NCBI GenBank assembly: GCA_963727485.1
Contig: CAVSGM010000002.1
Coordinates: forward strand, 576,001 to 640,000
Direction: 5' to 3'
Length of the DNA: 64,000 nt
DNA from: an uncultured delta proteobacterium
GTDB lineage: Bacteria; Myxococcota; Myxococcia; SLRQ01
The notes under the pieces are model-generated. The model did not search any database. It had not been told where the DNA came from and saw only the letters and a program-made list of their open reading frames with translations. Below, one piece after another: positions 61,121-64,000 of the stretch. Made by a program: the position numbers and the translations under genes. Numbering within the stretch: the first letter of the stretch is position 1; each line of letters opens with the position of its first letter.

Positions 61121-62263
61121 TCAGGGGGCGAAGAGGGCCGAGGCGACGCCGGCGAGGCCCGAGAGGTCGTGGACGTCCCGGGGGCCCTCGGGGACCACGG
61201 TGAGGGTCGCGGCCGGGAGGCGCTCGGCGAGGACCTCGACCGCCGCCGCCTCCCGGCAGGCCCCGGCCCAGGCGGCGCCGTGGGTGGCCACCAGGTGGTC
61301 GACCACCGGGGCCGGGGCCGTGGGCGCCGCTCCCCGCACCACCGCCCGCACCGCCTCGGCCCCGGGCGTCCGGACCCCGGGGCCGTCGACCCCGGGGAGC
61401 GGGTGGGCCCGGTTCACCACCACCGCCGCCGGGGGCATCCGCAGGGCCTCGAGGGTCCCGGCGAGGTCCCCGGGCGACGCGGCCGCCGGGGTGTCCGGGG
61501 CGGTGACCAGGACGAAGGCCGTGCCCGGCCCCCGGAGGATCCGATCCGCATCCCGGGCCCGTTCACCGAGGCCGGCCCCCAGGGCCTCGAGCTCCCCGAA
61601 GAGCTCCGCCACCGCCGCCAGGGCCTCGACGCCGGTGGCCCGCTCCAGGCGGTCCATGACGTAGCGCCAGGCGCGCCCCAGGTGCCGCGCCCCGGGGACC
61701 TTCCGGTCCCGGAGGGTGGCGAGGCGCCGGACCATCCCGCTCCCGAGGAAGGCCTCGAGGCGCGCCGGGGCCTCGAGGAGATCCAGGGCCTGCACCGCCG
61801 GCGGGGTGTCGAGGACCAGGAGGTCCTGCCCCGGCTCGGCGGCGGCGCGGCAGAGGGCCTCGAGGGCCGCGTACTCGCTGGCCCCGGCGAAGCCCTCGGA
61901 GAGGGACTGGTAGAAGGCGTTCCCGAGGATGGCGTCCCGGGCGGCGTCGGTGGGGGCGAGGCGGGCGACCAGGTCGTCCCAGGTCTGGTGCACGTCGAGC
62001 ATCCCCGCGGACAGGGACCCCTCGAGGGCGAGGCCCGCGGCGGCGAGGCGCGCCGGGTCCACCGGCTCGCCCCCGGCGCGGAGGGTCTCGAGGCCCAGGG
62101 CCTGGGCGAGGCGCCTGGCCGGGTCCACGGTGAGCACCAGGACCCTGCGCCCCTGGAGGGCGGCCCCGAGGCCGAGGGCCGCGGCGACGGTGGTCTTGCC
62201 CACGCCCCCGTGGCCCACGCACACCAGGACCTGTCGCCCGGCGACCAGCTCGGCGAGGCTCAT
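61121..62263 (-). CDS. ArsA/Get3-like ATPase, subunit 2
   Basis: CVGHGGVGKTT, LTVDPARRLA, LVLDTPP, VVVNR. Confidence 0.85.
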   Translation of the reverse strand: MSLAELVAGRQVLVCVGHGGVGKTTVAAALGLGAALQGRRVLVLTVDPARRLAQALGLETLRAGGEPVDPARLAAAGLALEGSLSAGMLDVHQTWDDLVARLAPTDAARDAILGNAFYQSLSEGFAGASEYAALEALCRAAAEPGQDLLVLDTPPAVQALDLLEAPARLEAFLGSGMVRRLATLRDRKVPGARHLGRAWRYVMDRLERATGVEALAAVAELFGELEALGAGLGERARDADRILRGPGTAFVLVTAPDTPAAASPGDLAGTLEALRMPPAAVVVNRAHPLPGVDGPGVRTPGAEAVRAVVRGAAPTAPAPVVDHLVATHGAAWAGACREAAAVEVLAERLPAATLTVVPEGPRDVHDLSGLAGVASALFAP

Positions 62264-63264
62264 GAGGCCGCCTCCACCGGGGGCGCCGACGCGTCGCCGA
62301 GGAGCGGGGCGACCGCCGCCACCAGGCCCCGGGCGACCTCCGGCGGGTCGGCGGCCGCGAGGCGCGGGAGCCGCCGGGGCGAGAGGCCCGTCTCCGCCTC
62401 GAAGCCAGCGAGCCCCTCGGCCTGCACCGCCTCCCAGCCGAGGGCCCGACGGGCGGCCGCGGCCACCGCTCCCTCGAGGATCACCGCCGCCGGGACCCCG
62501 CCCGCCGCCGCGTCGACCGCCGGCGCCGCCGACGCCAGGGCCGCCACCGCCGCGCCGGTCCCGGCCGGGGACGCGGGCCGGCACCGGTTCACCACCACCT
62601 CGCCCAGGGGCAGGCGCAGGCCGTCCCGGACGCGCGCGACGATCTCGGCCGCCTCGGTGAGGGGCAGCTCCTCCGGGAGCGCCACCACGTGGACCCGGCT
62701 CCGTGCCGGATCCCGGAGGTAGGCGAGGACGTCCTCGGCCTCCCGGTGCACCAGGCCCGAGGCGAAGGTGCGCGCGGCGACCTCGGGCATCCCCAGGATC
62801 CCCAGGCCCCGGGCCGAGGCCCCGGCGTCGACCACCACCCCGTCCCAGGCCGGGGCGCCGCCCTCCTGGCGCCGGTACTCGTGGCGGACCTGGCCGATGA
62901 CCATCAGCTCCTTGAGCCCGGGCGCCGCGGCGACGAAGTACCGGTAGGCGCGGCTGTGGGTGAGGCTCCGGAGGAGCCAGGCGGTGGGCAAGAGGTCCGA
63001 GAGGTAGGTGGCGAGCGCCGCGGCCCCCTCGAGCCAGGCGTAGGTGAGCCCGGGCGTGCCGGCGACCGCCTGGAACCGCCCGGCCGCGCCGGGTGCCACG
63101 CCCAGGGCCCGGGCCAGCCCGTCCGGGCGCCCGACCTCCACCGCCAGGATCCGGCGCCCGGGCCCGGCGGCGGCGAGCGCCAGGGCCGCCGCCACCGTCG
63201 ATTTGCCCACGCCGCCCTTGCCCACGACGAAGTGGAGGCGGCGGGGGATTGGGGCGGAGGCCAT
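62260..63264 (-). CDS. ArsA/Get3-like ATPase, subunit 1
   Basis: VGKGGVGKST, AAPGLKEL, VVVDAGAS, LPEELP..E, VVVNR. Confidence 0.85.
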   Translation of the reverse strand: MASAPIPRRLHFVVGKGGVGKSTVAAALALAAAGPGRRILAVEVGRPDGLARALGVAPGAAGRFQAVAGTPGLTYAWLEGAAALATYLSDLLPTAWLLRSLTHSRAYRYFVAAAPGLKELMVIGQVRHEYRRQEGGAPAWDGVVVDAGASARGLGILGMPEVAARTFASGLVHREAEDVLAYLRDPARSRVHVVALPEELPLTEAAEIVARVRDGLRLPLGEVVVNRCRPASPAGTGAAVAALASAAPAVDAAAGGVPAAVILEGAVAAAARRALGWEAVQAEGLAGFEAETGLSPRRLPRLAAADPPEVARGLVAAVAPLLGDASAPPVEAAS

Positions 63265-63307
63265 ACCCCAGTTGTAGGCGCACCGGCCCGCGCCGCCGCT
63301 CGGGGGA

Positions 63308-63796
63308 CTACTTGACCATGGCGTGCAGGATGTCGTCGGTCTTGACCACCATCCGGATGAAGGCCTTGTTGTGCAGGGTCTTCACCTTCCCGTCCGGACC
63401 ATAGGCGACGATGGCGGCGTACTCGATGCCGAGCTTCTTCGCCAGGGTGTTGCCCCCGTCGACCAGGATGGTCCCGCCGAGCTTCTGGGCGTAGGCCATG
63501 GCCGCGGCCGGGTCCTCCTGCCCGTAGACCACCTTCACCGCGTAGTCGTGGCTCTTGGCGAGGGCCTCCTCGGTCTGGATGGCCATCTTCAGCGGCCCCT
63601 TCTGCTGGTCGCCCGGCATCACGCCAAGGTAGAGCAGCACCCCCTCGGGACGTCCGCCGAGGTCGAGGAGGCTCGCCTGCTCCCCGGTGTTGGTGGGAAG
63701 GTCGATGTCGGGGACCCGCTTGGGGAAGAGCCAGGGCCTCGCCAGGAAGCCGACGGCCGCCACCAGGATCACACCGAGGAAGAGCTTGCCTTTCAT
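63308..63796 (-). CDS. Membrane-anchored thioredoxin/TlpA-like protein lacking CxxC
   Basis: N-terminal TM helix, VPDIDLP, LAKKLGI..A.VAYGPDGKV; no Cys; GGAGG RBS. Confidence 0.5.
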   Translation of the reverse strand: MKGKLFLGVILVAAVGFLARPWLFPKRVPDIDLPTNTGEQASLLDLGGRPEGVLLYLGVMPGDQQKGPLKMAIQTEEALAKSHDYAVKVVYGQEDPAAAMAYAQKLGGTILVDGGNTLAKKLGIEYAAIVAYGPDGKVKTLHNKAFIRMVVKTDDILHAMVK

Positions 63797-64000
63797 CCAC
63801 GTCCTCCGAGTCGGAAGGGGTTGGGGTGCATCGCGGGGGCCGACGCCCTCGCCCCCGGAGCTCTGACGCCCGTGACCGGACCCCGTGGCCGTCAGACGCC
63901 CGGCGCCCCGGAGGTCGGCGACCCGATGCCCGCCTGGAAAGAGCGCCTCGAACCTCTCCTCGAGGTCGAGGGCCCCGTGGACCGCGTGGACCTCGCGGGC

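Noticed and set aside
61121..63264. Arsenic resistance operon
   Set aside because: No arsB/acr3/arsC/arsR genes and no obvious metalloid-binding Cys set

Overview
Very GC-rich bacterial chromosome segment. Gene content suggests a Myxococcota/deltaproteobacterial lineage (inference). About a dozen otherwise intact genes carry single-base frameshifts, most likely long-read assembly errors. Main modules in order: (1) the 3' end of a bacterial microcompartment locus (acylating aldehyde dehydrogenase with an encapsulation peptide, plus a BMC-T shell protein); (2) housekeeping genes including yacG and a DnaC/IstB-like loader pair; (3) a lexA-imuA-imuB//dnaE2 mutagenesis cassette split by three genes, with a GTTC-N7-GTTC-type box before lexA, imuA and dnaE2 and three copies of a 14-bp palindrome after imuB; (4) tRNA-fMet followed by a defence-like islet (a membrane-anchored DUF4041/GIY-YIG protein resembling PD-lambda-1/SNIPE, and a PLD-helicase-DUF3427 SauUSI-like nuclease); (5) an anaerobic aromatic-degradation cluster (mocA-like, LeuA-like, hcrCAB, radical SAM, had-oah-dch-bcrCBAD); (6) a lower-GC islet with a wHTH protein and an N-terminally extended PIN protein; (7) a molybdopterin oxidoreductase, an MBL hydrolase, a TetR operon, gloA and a pair of ArsA/Get3-like ATPases. 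No CRISPR array, rRNA, integrase or transposase was seen. All family calls come from motif recognition, not database searches.
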